Source: Fluviicola sp.
GTDB lineage: Bacteria; Bacteroidota; Bacteroidia; Flavobacteriales_D; Crocinitomicaceae
Reading direction: 5' to 3' (one strand)
Assembly: GCF_031260455.1 (NCBI RefSeq)
Contig: NZ_JAIRJW010000037.1
DNA: 64,000 bases
The notes below the pieces were generated by a model. That model did no database searches. It was not told the origin of the DNA and saw only the letters and a list, made by a program, of their open reading frames with translations. This document shows positions 20,399 through 29,431 of the stretch, one piece after another. Position numbers and translations under genes: made by a program. How positions within the stretch are numbered: the first letter of the stretch is position 1; each line of letters begins with the position of its first letter.

Positions 20399-21331
20399 AT
20401 GAAAAAAATTCTGGTTTTAGGTTCCTGTGGACAAATCGGTACTGAACTGGTCCTGACGCTCCGTGAAAAATTCGGTGCACAACAGGTTGTTGCAGCTGAT
20501 CTGAAAGAAGAATGCCCGGAAGCGCTTTCCAGCGGACCTTATATTCGCCTGGACGCTTTGGACAAAGAAGCTGTCCGAAACTATATTATCGGGGAAAAGT
20601 TCTCTGATGTGTATCTTCTGGCCGCTTTGCTTTCGGCTACTGCAGAGAAAAATCCGGATTTTGCGTGGAAACTGAACATGGAAAGCTTATTCATCATCCT
20701 GGATTTAGCAAAAGAAGGGTATATCTCAAAAGTATTCTGGCCTTCATCCATTGCGGTTTTTGGTCCCACAACACCAAGACAAAACACCCCACAATATACT
20801 GTGATGGAGCCGAGCACTGTTTACGGAATTTCGAAACAGGCCGGAGAAAGATGGTGTGAATATTACTTCAATAAATTCGGTGTGGATGTGAGAAGCATCC
20901 GCTATCCGGGGCTGATTTCATACAAAAGCCTTCCGGGAGGGGGAACAACGGATTACGCCGTAGATATTTACTACAAAGCGAAAGCAGGCGAACATTTCAC
21001 TTGTTTTCTGAAAGAAGACACAGCGCTCCCGATGATGTTTATGGACGATGCAATCCGCGCAACAATTGAGCTGATGGAAGCACCGAAAGAACAGGTGAAA
21101 GTGCGTTCCAGCTATAACCTTTCAGCCTTGAGCTTTACACCCAAACAGATCTTTGAGAGCATTCAAAAAGAGCTTCCTTCATTTACCATTGATTACCAAC
21201 CGGATTTTCGTCAGGCAATTGCAGATTCCTGGCCAGCATCCATTGACGATGCGTATGCCAGAGAAAATTGGGGATGGAAAGAGCGTTATGATTTAGACAA
21301 AATGACCAGGGAAATGTTAAACAACCTTTAG
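20399..21331 (+). CDS. tdh: L-threonine 3-dehydrogenase, short-chain (NAD-dependent epimerase/dehydratase) type
   Basis: Rossmann N-terminus MKKILVLGSCGQIGTELV and the overall resemblance to UDP-glucose-4-epimerase-like TDHs. The track ORF starts 42 nt upstream at 20357. Confidence 0.65.
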   Translation: MKKILVLGSCGQIGTELVLTLREKFGAQQVVAADLKEECPEALSSGPYIRLDALDKEAVRNYIIGEKFSDVYLLAALLSATAEKNPDFAWKLNMESLFIILDLAKEGYISKVFWPSSIAVFGPTTPRQNTPQYTVMEPSTVYGISKQAGERWCEYYFNKFGVDVRSIRYPGLISYKSLPGGGTTDYAVDIYYKAKAGEHFTCFLKEDTALPMMFMDDAIRATIELMEAPKEQVKVRSSYNLSALSFTPKQIFESIQKELPSFTIDYQPDFRQAIADSWPASIDDAYARENWGWKERYDLDKMTREMLNNL

Positions 21332-21460
21332 CAAAACAAAATTGCCATAAATTCCTGACTGTTAATTGAAAAAATGCTTCAGCGAAGCTTTTCATGTATT
21401 GTATAGATAGCTAACAAAATAATTCTATCTTTAGATTATACTACAAAATCAATTCAAATC

Positions 21461-22339
21461 ATGTGGAAATATAAACAAGCCGGACTCATTGTTTTATTCC
21501 TGTTTCTGCTAACTTCCGTTAAAGCGTTTCCCATCACAGACCAGGATGGCAAAATAAATGTTACAGACGAAAAAGGAAGAAAGCAGGGTAAGTGGATTTA
21601 CTATGGTAAAGACCGTCCCGGGTCCGATGTTCCCCCGAATGGAAAAATAGAAGAGGGGGAGTATATTGACGATCGCAAAGAAGGCATTTGGATTCAGTAT
21701 TATAATGACGGTGTAACACCATCTTTAAGAGGAACTTACGAAAACAATCATCCAAAAGGGCAGTTTACCCGTTACTGGCCGAATGGTCAGATCAAAGAAA
21801 AAGGGATTTTCGAAAAAAACATTTATAAGGATTCTCTGATTCGCAAATACGAAAACGGACAAGCTTCCTACCAGGGATTCTATAACGAAATCGGGAAAGA
21901 AGACGGCAAAATCCGTTATTACTACCCGAACGGTCAGTTGGAGTATGAATATGATGCCAATAATGGTGTTGTGGCTGGAAAAGCTATCCGCTATTACGAA
22001 AATGGAGATATCAGGGAAATTATTTATTATGACGGAACCGGAAATCAAATCAGATCAGAGCTAAAAGATCCGGTAAACCCGATGGTCAAAATGAAAACCC
22101 CGGGACAATCCACGGAAAAACCACCAACAATTTCCGGTACCCCAAAAACTCAAGGGGCGAAATGGGTACCAAACGGCTATAATAAAGTTTATAACAATAA
22201 TGGGGAAATCTGGCAGGACGGGATCTTTAAAAACGGAGATCTCTGGGATGGAAAAGTTTACGTTTACGACAACGATGGAATTCTTCTCAAAGTAAAAGTT
22301 TACAAAAACGGCGTTTACCATTCAGACGGACAATTGTAA
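21461..22339 (+). CDS. Secreted MORN-repeat-variant (YwqK-like) repeat protein
   Basis: Signal peptide, then repeated G-x-G/W-x-x-YY-x-NG units (e.g. GKWIYYGKD, GIWIQYYNDG, IRYYYPNGQ, IRYYENGD). Confidence 0.7.
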   Translation: MWKYKQAGLIVLFLFLLTSVKAFPITDQDGKINVTDEKGRKQGKWIYYGKDRPGSDVPPNGKIEEGEYIDDRKEGIWIQYYNDGVTPSLRGTYENNHPKGQFTRYWPNGQIKEKGIFEKNIYKDSLIRKYENGQASYQGFYNEIGKEDGKIRYYYPNGQLEYEYDANNGVVAGKAIRYYENGDIREIIYYDGTGNQIRSELKDPVNPMVKMKTPGQSTEKPPTISGTPKTQGAKWVPNGYNKVYNNNGEIWQDGIFKNGDLWDGKVYVYDNDGILLKVKVYKNGVYHSDGQL

Positions 22340-22565
22340 ATGGAGTCCGCTAGTTTCGTTTCGTGTGGCGGTTTAAAAAAATCATAAGCCATCCGTTACA
22401 CCGCCTGTGATGAGGAAAAAATAAAAACCTGGTCGGGCGAAACGGAAAAAAGGCTGTTGACCTTGCTATGAAGATCCGTTTAAAAAGGGTTCCACCATAA
22501 CAAAGTTTTAGCTGCTGAAGTAAACATCCTAGTTTATTCGATAAGCAAGTAGTATGAAAAGAAAA

Positions 22566-24761
22566 CTAATTTCCAAGCTCTAATTGATTTTTGACCAGAT
22601 TATAATAAAGTCCCTGAAACTTGACTAAACTTTCATGATTTCCTATTTCAGCAACCTTTCCTTGGTCAAGAACAACAATCTGATCTGCATTTTTAACTGT
22701 ACTCAGCCGGTGGGCAATTATACAAACTGTTTTCCCCTTGAAAAAAGTTTTGAGATTATTATGAATTTGCAATTCGTTATGTGCATCTAAACTGCTTGTT
22801 GCTTCATCAAAGAAAATAAATTCCGGATTCCGATATATTGCTCTGGCAATAAGAATTCGTTGTGTTTGACCACCACTTAATTGAATTCCCACACTTCCAA
22901 CTTTTGTAGAGTATCCCATTGGAAGAGATGAAATAAAATCATCTATGCAAGCAATCTCCGCTACCTTTCTTATTTGTTCCAAATCATCAATGTTATTTGA
23001 AAATGCAATGTTGAAAGCTATCGTACCGCTAAAAATAATCCCTTCTTGCGAAACTACCCCACAGGAATTCCTCCATAAATCGGGATTAATTTGATTAATA
23101 TCCTGGTCACCTAGCAGAATTTGTCCAGAGGAAACTTTGTGATATTTCAATAATAATTTTAACAACGTCGTTTTTCCACTCCCACTTTGTCCAACAATTG
23201 CAGTTGTTTTATTCGCAGGAATTACAAAATCAATATTTTCAAGAACGAATGGATTAAAAGAGCCTGGATATTTAAACGAAATGCCTTTCAGTCTAATATC
23301 AAAGTCAGAATTCAACGGAACGAGATTTGCACCGTCATCTTCATTTTGTTCGTTATATACATCACTTATCCTGTTATAAGCAATTTTAGCATCCTGTGTA
23401 TCTTTGATGAAGTTTATGATATTCTGAATCGGACCAGATAATTGACCTAGAATATAAGTAGTGGCAAGCATTGAGCCTATCGTCATTTTTCCTTCAATGA
23501 TTAAATATGCACAAATTGCAATAGCTGCTATTTCTTTTAATTTAGAAAGAAAACCCACTCCTATCAATTGATAAATATTGAGAAAAAGTGAACGAAGTTC
23601 AAGCCTGTTTAGTTTGTGCTGTAAATCAATAATGTTCTTTATTATTGCATCTTGAGCATTATGCGTTCTTATTTCTGGCATATTCATTACAAACTCATAT
23701 AGCAGATTACTATTTGCTGATTGCCTTAAAAAAATCGAGTATTCAATTACTGCGCGTTTTTTCAGAAAAACTGCAACCCAAAGAATTGAAAATATGCTTA
23801 GTAAAATATAAATACTAAAAACCGTTTTACTTGAATAAAAAAGAAGTATGCTAAATACAATGATATTCGCAGAGGTAATTAAAAGTGACAGTCCTTTCCA
23901 AGTGACAAAATTCTTGATTTTCTCATGATCGCCCAGCCTCTCTAAAGTATCAGAGTTTAACCGTGTGTCAAAATAACTAATCGGCAACTTCATCAATTTT
24001 TTCAAGAAGTTTTCTTTTAAATTTATACTTAAATAGAAGTTTATTTTTGTTAAAGACCATTCTGATATAAATTCAGAAATAATACTACTTATAAACAAAA
24101 TGAGTTGTGCAATCAGTAGATATACTACAATATTCAAAGAGCGATCTAATATTCCTTCATCTAATATTCGTTTAAATATTACTGGTGATAACCAATTGGA
24201 AACCAAACCAATAAAAAGAATCAATATTGAGAGTAGATACTTAAATTTATTGTTCTTGACATAGCTGAATACATTATTCAATAGGCTTCTATCTTGTTGT
24301 CTCCCTTCAATTTTAGGTATTTCCAAGCCCTCATCACCTTCTTGAAAAAGGATTGCAACACCTTTGGATTCATTGCCTACCCATTCATTTTTAAAAACAT
24401 CCTCTTCCAAACCCGTTTCTCCATAACCCGGATCAGCTATATGATAGATTCTTTTATTTCTCCTTACTTCTACCTTATATAACACAACAAAATGATCCTG
24501 TTTCCAAAAAAGTATAGCAGGTAGTGGAACTTGCTCTATTTCTTCTAAATTTACCTTGTAAGCATTGGTTTCAAATCCTATTTTTTTTCCTCCTTCAACT
24601 ATATCTTGAACTGAAACCCCCATACGAGTAACAGAACAAATAGATTTGACAGTTTTCACATCAGCCTTCAAACCAAAATGGCTGCATATCATTGAAAGGC
24701 AAGCAGGTCCACAATCAACACTTTCACTCTGATGAAAGAATCTAAATTTTTTATTAAACAT
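22566..24761 (-). CDS. Peptidase C39-domain ABC transporter (double-glycine leader-cleaving bacteriocin/RiPP exporter)
   Basis: N-terminal C39 motif QSESVDCGPACLSMI with downstream HFVVLY. Six-TM region. Walker A GQSGSGKTT, signature LSGGQTQR, Walker B FIFFDEATSSLD. Confidence 0.9.
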   Translation of the reverse strand: MFNKKFRFFHQSESVDCGPACLSMICSHFGLKADVKTVKSICSVTRMGVSVQDIVEGGKKIGFETNAYKVNLEEIEQVPLPAILFWKQDHFVVLYKVEVRRNKRIYHIADPGYGETGLEEDVFKNEWVGNESKGVAILFQEGDEGLEIPKIEGRQQDRSLLNNVFSYVKNNKFKYLLSILILFIGLVSNWLSPVIFKRILDEGILDRSLNIVVYLLIAQLILFISSIISEFISEWSLTKINFYLSINLKENFLKKLMKLPISYFDTRLNSDTLERLGDHEKIKNFVTWKGLSLLITSANIIVFSILLFYSSKTVFSIYILLSIFSILWVAVFLKKRAVIEYSIFLRQSANSNLLYEFVMNMPEIRTHNAQDAIIKNIIDLQHKLNRLELRSLFLNIYQLIGVGFLSKLKEIAAIAICAYLIIEGKMTIGSMLATTYILGQLSGPIQNIINFIKDTQDAKIAYNRISDVYNEQNEDDGANLVPLNSDFDIRLKGISFKYPGSFNPFVLENIDFVIPANKTTAIVGQSGSGKTTLLKLLLKYHKVSSGQILLGDQDINQINPDLWRNSCGVVSQEGIIFSGTIAFNIAFSNNIDDLEQIRKVAEIACIDDFISSLPMGYSTKVGSVGIQLSGGQTQRILIARAIYRNPEFIFFDEATSSLDAHNELQIHNNLKTFFKGKTVCIIAHRLSTVKNADQIVVLDQGKVAEIGNHESLVKFQGLYYNLVKNQLELGN

Positions 24762-24775
24762 CTAAAATCTATACT

Positions 24776-27205
24776 TTAAATTCGATTTCTTTCTGATTCA
24801 CTTCCTTTGTTCTGCTTCCTTTGTCTTATGTACTTATTACCGAATTTATAGCTCAATGAAAAGGCAATATTTCTTGAATCATAGTAGTTGTTGGTGTAAA
24901 TAGAAAAGGTTGAAGTTCGCATGTCCGATTTTGGTGCTGAATTTTTAAATAAATCTGAAATATTTACAGATAATATTAATCGGCCCTCCAAAAACTTTTG
25001 GGTTAATCCGAAACCCAAAATATACTGGGACTTCATGTTGGAGATTGTATATATGGAGCCTAATGGACGAGCCGAAAAATTCACATCTGCTGAAAGCCCT
25101 TTAGTAATTGTAATTGAGGAATTGAAGTTACAGAATAAAATACTGGTCGAAGATGCTTCGTAAAAAGATGCCTTTGGTTTAAAAGTCGAAAACAAATACA
25201 CCAACACGATCGAATTTTCTATTTTCTCCCCCAGATTAAAAGGAATATTAACAAAACCTCCGTATTGATTAGTATTTCCAATGTTCTCTTGGGTATATAC
25301 AATATTATTCAATTCGTCTTTTGGCGCCTCCATATACGAATTAGCAAAATTGGTGTACAAAAGCCCCAAATAATAACGGTCATTTAAAACATAATCAATT
25401 TCAGCATCTGTAATATAAGTTGGTCTTAGTTGAGGATTTCCAATATTATAAATCCGATTTGTTACGTAACGTCTAAATGGATTCAGGGAAGTAAATCCTG
25501 GTCTATCTATTCGCATACCATAGGATATCGAAACCGTATGCTTACCGGAAAATTTATGCAAATAATAAATCGTCGGAAACAGATTAAAAAACACTCGTTT
25601 TGTTTGACTATTTACTATATCTTGCTTTCCAATTAGTTGAGTGTACTCTCCTCGTATTCCTAGTTGAATCTCATCTTTGTCCCATTGTTTGTTATAAGAA
25701 GTATAAAATGCTTCTGTCTGCTCAGTATATAAAAAGCGACTATTTTGAAGTGTGTCATAGAAGACATTATTATTAACCGAATGCGTCATTGAATTATTAT
25801 TATTATTTCCGATCCAGTTAAATTTAGCTCCTATACTAAAATTACCAATTTTTGAAGGCAATTGATATTCTACATCAATTACTGCAAGATTTACCAACTG
25901 CACACTTCCGCTATTCATTGATTCAAAAGAATTCAATGTATCTCCTGAATAATTTTGAAAATCAAAATTATTGGCTAAATCTGTATTATTGTAAAAATAA
26001 TTCGCGACAAAATTTAGACTTCGTCCAGTTGAATCCAATTTATACTGCCAACTAGCATTTACAGATTGAAAATATAAATCAGTAGCATTTCTTTTGAATG
26101 TATAAGCCGTCGAATCAATTATACTACCATATCCATAAATACTTTCTGCAGTAGATTGATTCTTCAGAACAGAAACACTTCCTTCCCAACTTACAGATAA
26201 ATTTGATTTACTCGAAAAGTAGTAATCTAAACCGATTGTACCTCTCATTCCTTGGGAATATCGATTGGTTATGTCATTCTGCCTGTTAAAGGACGAACTA
26301 AAGCTATAATCTGATTTTTCATTGTATCTATTTTCACCATTTCGACCGCTAAGGGTTCCATACACATTAAATTTCTTGCCTCGATGGTTAAGCATAAAGC
26401 TCAATCTTTCAGCCCCATAAAAAGCTTGTGTGTAAGATGCTGTCAGACTTCCGTTAGTACCTAGCATTCTATTCTTCTTCAACACAATATTGATTATTGC
26501 ACTTCCACTGGCATCGTACTTTGAAGGAGGGTTTGTCAATACCTCAATTCTAACGACTTCCTCGGACGGAATTGATTCTAAATACTGAACCAAATCATCT
26601 CCTTCCAAATATATTCGCTTTTCATTAATCAAAAAAGCTAATCCAGCTTTTCCAACGACCGAAATACTTCGATTTTGAACAAAAACCAATGGTGTCTTAC
26701 TCAAAAGTTCAAGTACATTCCTCCCACTTGAATTGGATGTATTCTCAATATTGAAAACTAATCTGTCAATCTTTTTCTCAATCAATGGGGGCTTACCGGT
26801 TATTTCAACGAGATTTAGCTGATGACTATTAGGATTCAGATTTAAGAGTCCTAAATCAATCGTTTTAACTTCTGCAGGTTGAATGATCCGAATAACAGTG
26901 TCCCTAATTTCAGCTTGGGTAATAAACAAGAAAACGTCAATTGGTTCAACAATCAAATTGAATTCAAATTGACCAATTGAATCTGAAAAAGCATAAAACA
27001 ACAATAATGAATCACTGACCTTTCGTAACTCTAATTTTGCAAAAACACAATCTCCTCCGTCAGCTATCTTTAACCGACCTTTAACTACGCTTTGACCATA
27101 GGAATAACCAAAAAAATTAAAAAACAGGGTAATCAGGATAGTTCTAAATAATACAATTCCGCAATTTGGAACTACTTTAGTTAAAATTAACTTCAACAAT
27201 TTCAT
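24776..27205 (-). CDS. TonB-dependent-receptor-like outer-membrane beta-barrel protein (CarboxypepD_reg-like domain, plug-like domain, barrel)
   Basis: Signal/anchor, a VVKGRLK.. Ig-like N-domain, a plug-like stretch (RNVLELLSKTPLVFV...VVRIEVLTNPPSKYDASGSAIINIVLKK), then a long Y/N/S-rich beta-strand region. It overlaps the maturase stop by 29 nt and ends 14 nt before the ABC gene start. Confidence 0.75.
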   Translation of the reverse strand: MKLLKLILTKVVPNCGIVLFRTILITLFFNFFGYSYGQSVVKGRLKIADGGDCVFAKLELRKVSDSLLLFYAFSDSIGQFEFNLIVEPIDVFLFITQAEIRDTVIRIIQPAEVKTIDLGLLNLNPNSHQLNLVEITGKPPLIEKKIDRLVFNIENTSNSSGRNVLELLSKTPLVFVQNRSISVVGKAGLAFLINEKRIYLEGDDLVQYLESIPSEEVVRIEVLTNPPSKYDASGSAIINIVLKKNRMLGTNGSLTASYTQAFYGAERLSFMLNHRGKKFNVYGTLSGRNGENRYNEKSDYSFSSSFNRQNDITNRYSQGMRGTIGLDYYFSSKSNLSVSWEGSVSVLKNQSTAESIYGYGSIIDSTAYTFKRNATDLYFQSVNASWQYKLDSTGRSLNFVANYFYNNTDLANNFDFQNYSGDTLNSFESMNSGSVQLVNLAVIDVEYQLPSKIGNFSIGAKFNWIGNNNNNSMTHSVNNNVFYDTLQNSRFLYTEQTEAFYTSYNKQWDKDEIQLGIRGEYTQLIGKQDIVNSQTKRVFFNLFPTIYYLHKFSGKHTVSISYGMRIDRPGFTSLNPFRRYVTNRIYNIGNPQLRPTYITDAEIDYVLNDRYYLGLLYTNFANSYMEAPKDELNNIVYTQENIGNTNQYGGFVNIPFNLGEKIENSIVLVYLFSTFKPKASFYEASSTSILFCNFNSSITITKGLSADVNFSARPLGSIYTISNMKSQYILGFGLTQKFLEGRLILSVNISDLFKNSAPKSDMRTSTFSIYTNNYYDSRNIAFSLSYKFGNKYIRQRKQNKGSESERNRI

Positions 27206-28487
27206 TTATTTTATTGATAATTACTTTATCCTTTTCATTTTCATCTCCAAAGAAGACACAGTATTCTCTCCCTAAATTATCTAAAGCATGTTGTGAGCAA
27301 CCGCCATTACACAAAGGCATTATTTTACACGATAGACAAGGTTTATTATTGAACTTAGAACTCATTCGTTTATCAAGGGAATCATTTTCCCAAATTATTA
27401 TACCATCATCGGTCAAATATCCCTCTCTTTTTTCAGCAAGAAAGTCACGCGCAGTACATTTGTAAACATCACTATTATAGTTAATTACCGCGCTATTTCG
27501 TTTGTCGGCATAGCAAGAATTTCTAACATTATCTGCAGAATATCCTGATTGGGCATCAATTCCGGTTTCCTTAATTTGTTGAATATTTTTTTGAGCAATT
27601 TCATCAGTATCGTCAATTTGATTATCTTGCCATACTCTATGAAAATCAAACTTTAGAAAACGATCTTTTAAATCCTGATCCAGATCCGAAAATTCATTTG
27701 CAATTTTAAAAGTGTCTTCAATATTTTTAGTAGTGTAGTTTATTCTAATATTGACAAAAAATTCATTTCGCACTAATAATTTTATATTCTTGACAATCTT
27801 TTCATAAGAGCCTTTACTTGAACTAACATAACGAATTTTGTCGTGCTTTTCCTTATATCCGTCTAATGTGATTTGTAAAGCGCTTTTTACTCCCTTTGAT
27901 CTAAAATAATCAATGAATTTATCATTAATCAAATATCCATTACTCGTAAATCCAATAAGAGGTTCGAGACTTTTCTCTTTACATTTAATTAAGTAGTAAT
28001 CAATAATCGGAATAACATCTTTTTCAAAATACAATAGTGGTTCTCCTCCGAAAAAGGACAAGTTAAAGGATTTAAGTTCTGAGGAACTCATTTGATTATC
28101 AATTAACTTATTTACCTTGTTTATCATTGTCATCCCCAACTTAGACTGAGGAATGTGAGTTTCATAACAATACCAGCATTTGAAATTACAATTCATTGTC
28201 GGATTAATAGTTAGAAAAAAATTGTCATGATTCTCATCGACAGATTTTGAAAGTTTTTTTATTTCTTCTATCTCATCAATGTTTTCATCAATAATAAATT
28301 CTTCCTGGATTAAATAATCGTATAATGTCGGGTGAATTCCTTGTAGATTATCAATACCTTCCACAATTGCAGCATTAATCAAATCCTTAACTATTTCTTC
28401 AATGAAGATAACCTTTTGGTTAATGGAATTGAAAAGGGCATAATTTTCTTGGTATTTTAATATTGTGTTGTATCTACTATACTTCAT
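27177..28487 (-). CDS. Radical SAM/SPASM-domain peptide maturase
   Basis: CX3CX2C (CNFKCWYC) at about residue 100 from the ATG at 28487. C-terminal SPASM motif CX2CX5CX3C (CLSCKIMPLCNGGC). The longest ORF (to 28601) would run into precursor 4, so the internal ATG, preceded by AGGAG, is preferred. Confidence 0.85.
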   Translation of the reverse strand: MKYSRYNTILKYQENYALFNSINQKVIFIEEIVKDLINAAIVEGIDNLQGIHPTLYDYLIQEEFIIDENIDEIEEIKKLSKSVDENHDNFFLTINPTMNCNFKCWYCYETHIPQSKLGMTMINKVNKLIDNQMSSSELKSFNLSFFGGEPLLYFEKDVIPIIDYYLIKCKEKSLEPLIGFTSNGYLINDKFIDYFRSKGVKSALQITLDGYKEKHDKIRYVSSSKGSYEKIVKNIKLLVRNEFFVNIRINYTTKNIEDTFKIANEFSDLDQDLKDRFLKFDFHRVWQDNQIDDTDEIAQKNIQQIKETGIDAQSGYSADNVRNSCYADKRNSAVINYNSDVYKCTARDFLAEKREGYLTDDGIIIWENDSLDKRMSSKFNNKPCLSCKIMPLCNGGCSQHALDNLGREYCVFFGDENEKDKVIINKINEIVEVNFN

Positions 28488-28510
28488 TTCTCCTAATCGA
28501 TAGGGTGTGG

Positions 28511-28741
28511 CTATCCGCCACACCCAGTTACACAATTCCCAGAGCAATTTGCATTTATACCCTTGGGTTTCTTTTTTGATTTTTTGTTCTTTGAACCACA
28601 ACCAACAGTAACGTTACCTCCTTTACAGTTATTAACAGATGTAGCATCAGGCTCTTGTTCAAGTAACCCAATAGAGATAGAAAATCCTCCAATTAATTCC
28701 TGACTGGAGTTATTCGATAGTTTTTCAAAATTTAATCCCAT
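28511..28741 (-). CDS. RiPP precursor peptide 4 (76 aa; GG leader, bipartite Cys-rich core with Lys-rich linker)
   Basis: MGLNFEKLSNNSSQELIGG|FS...NNCKGGNVTVGCGSKNKKSKKKPKGINANCSGNCVTGCGG. Confidence 0.75.
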   Translation of the reverse strand: MGLNFEKLSNNSSQELIGGFSISIGLLEQEPDATSVNNCKGGNVTVGCGSKNKKSKKKPKGINANCSGNCVTGCGG

Positions 28742-28810
28742 AACTTAAAATTTATTGGTTAGTGATTTTGATGCGTTAGTTGTCAAAAGTTAACAAAAGA
28801 AAAATAATAA

Positions 28811-29014
28811 TTAATTTTTCGGCCAAGAAATACTACATGAAGTCGCACAGTTAGAACCGGCAACACAATTATTCACTACTACGCATTGGCCGTCATTCTT
28901 ATTTGTACTAATTAAATTACCCTCGAACTTATTCATTACTCCAGAGAATCCGCCAACCAATTTTCCGTTGGCCACTTCTGTAATTTTTTGAAATGATTTA
29001 CTCAAGTTTTTCAT
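28811..29014 (-). CDS. RiPP precursor peptide 3 (67 aa)
   Basis: MKNLSKSFQKITEVANGKLVGG|FS...QCVVVNNCVAGSNCATSCSISWPKN. Confidence 0.8.
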   Translation of the reverse strand: MKNLSKSFQKITEVANGKLVGGFSGVMNKFEGNLISTNKNDGQCVVVNNCVAGSNCATSCSISWPKN

Positions 29015-29020
29015 AGCAGA

Positions 29021-29227
29021 TTATTTTAATTGTGTTTCACCACAACCCATTCGACAATTGGCTCCTGAACAGTTATTAGTTGTTATACAATCCTTATTCC
29101 TTTCCAAACCAATGGAATTATCCGAAAGACTTGGCTTCGCAACTTGGCTGAAGCCACCTACTAAAAGCCCAAAATCATTTATCTTTAGGCTTTCAAGATT
29201 TAATGAATTAATCTTTGAATTTTTCAT
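29021..29227 (-). CDS. RiPP precursor peptide 2 (68 aa)
   Basis: MKNSKINSLNLESLKINDFGLLVGG|FS...DCITTNNCSGANCRMGCGETQLK. It starts 9 nt after the stop of precursor 1. Confidence 0.8.
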   Translation of the reverse strand: MKNSKINSLNLESLKINDFGLLVGGFSQVAKPSLSDNSIGLERNKDCITTNNCSGANCRMGCGETQLK

Positions 29228-29236
29228 ATTAAAAAA

Positions 29237-29431
29237 TTATTCTGTGGCACCACATCCTTTAACACAATTACCACCATTGCAATTATTGACAGTTTGGCAT
29301 CTATCATTCAGCATTGAAACTGAATTGCCAGGTGCATTAAACGTAACAGAAAAGCCCCCAACCAAAAGACCTTCCTTGTCTTGATTTAACCCCTCAAATT
29401 TGGTTAAATCCATTTTCTTTGTTTTACTCAT
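29237..29431 (-). CDS. RiPP precursor peptide 1 (64 aa)
   Basis: MSKTKKMDLTKFEGLNQDKEGLLVGG|FS...RCQTVNNCNGGNCVKGCGATE. Confidence 0.8.
   Translation of the reverse strand: MSKTKKMDLTKFEGLNQDKEGLLVGGFSVTFNAPGNSVSMLNDRCQTVNNCNGGNCVKGCGATE

Noticed and set aside
28488-28601. N-terminal extension of the radical SAM ORF (MWFKEQKIKKETQGYKCKLLWELCNWVWRIATPYRLGE)
   Set aside because: It would overlap 91 nt of precursor 4. The in-frame ATG at 28487 has an AGGAG upstream and gives a sensible intergenic gap.
29058-29384. 108-aa + strand ORF spanning the precursor genes
   Set aside because: It is antisense to two well-formed precursor ORFs, has no start context and has a Leu/Pro/Ser-rich mirror-frame composition. 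I treat it as a shadow ORF.
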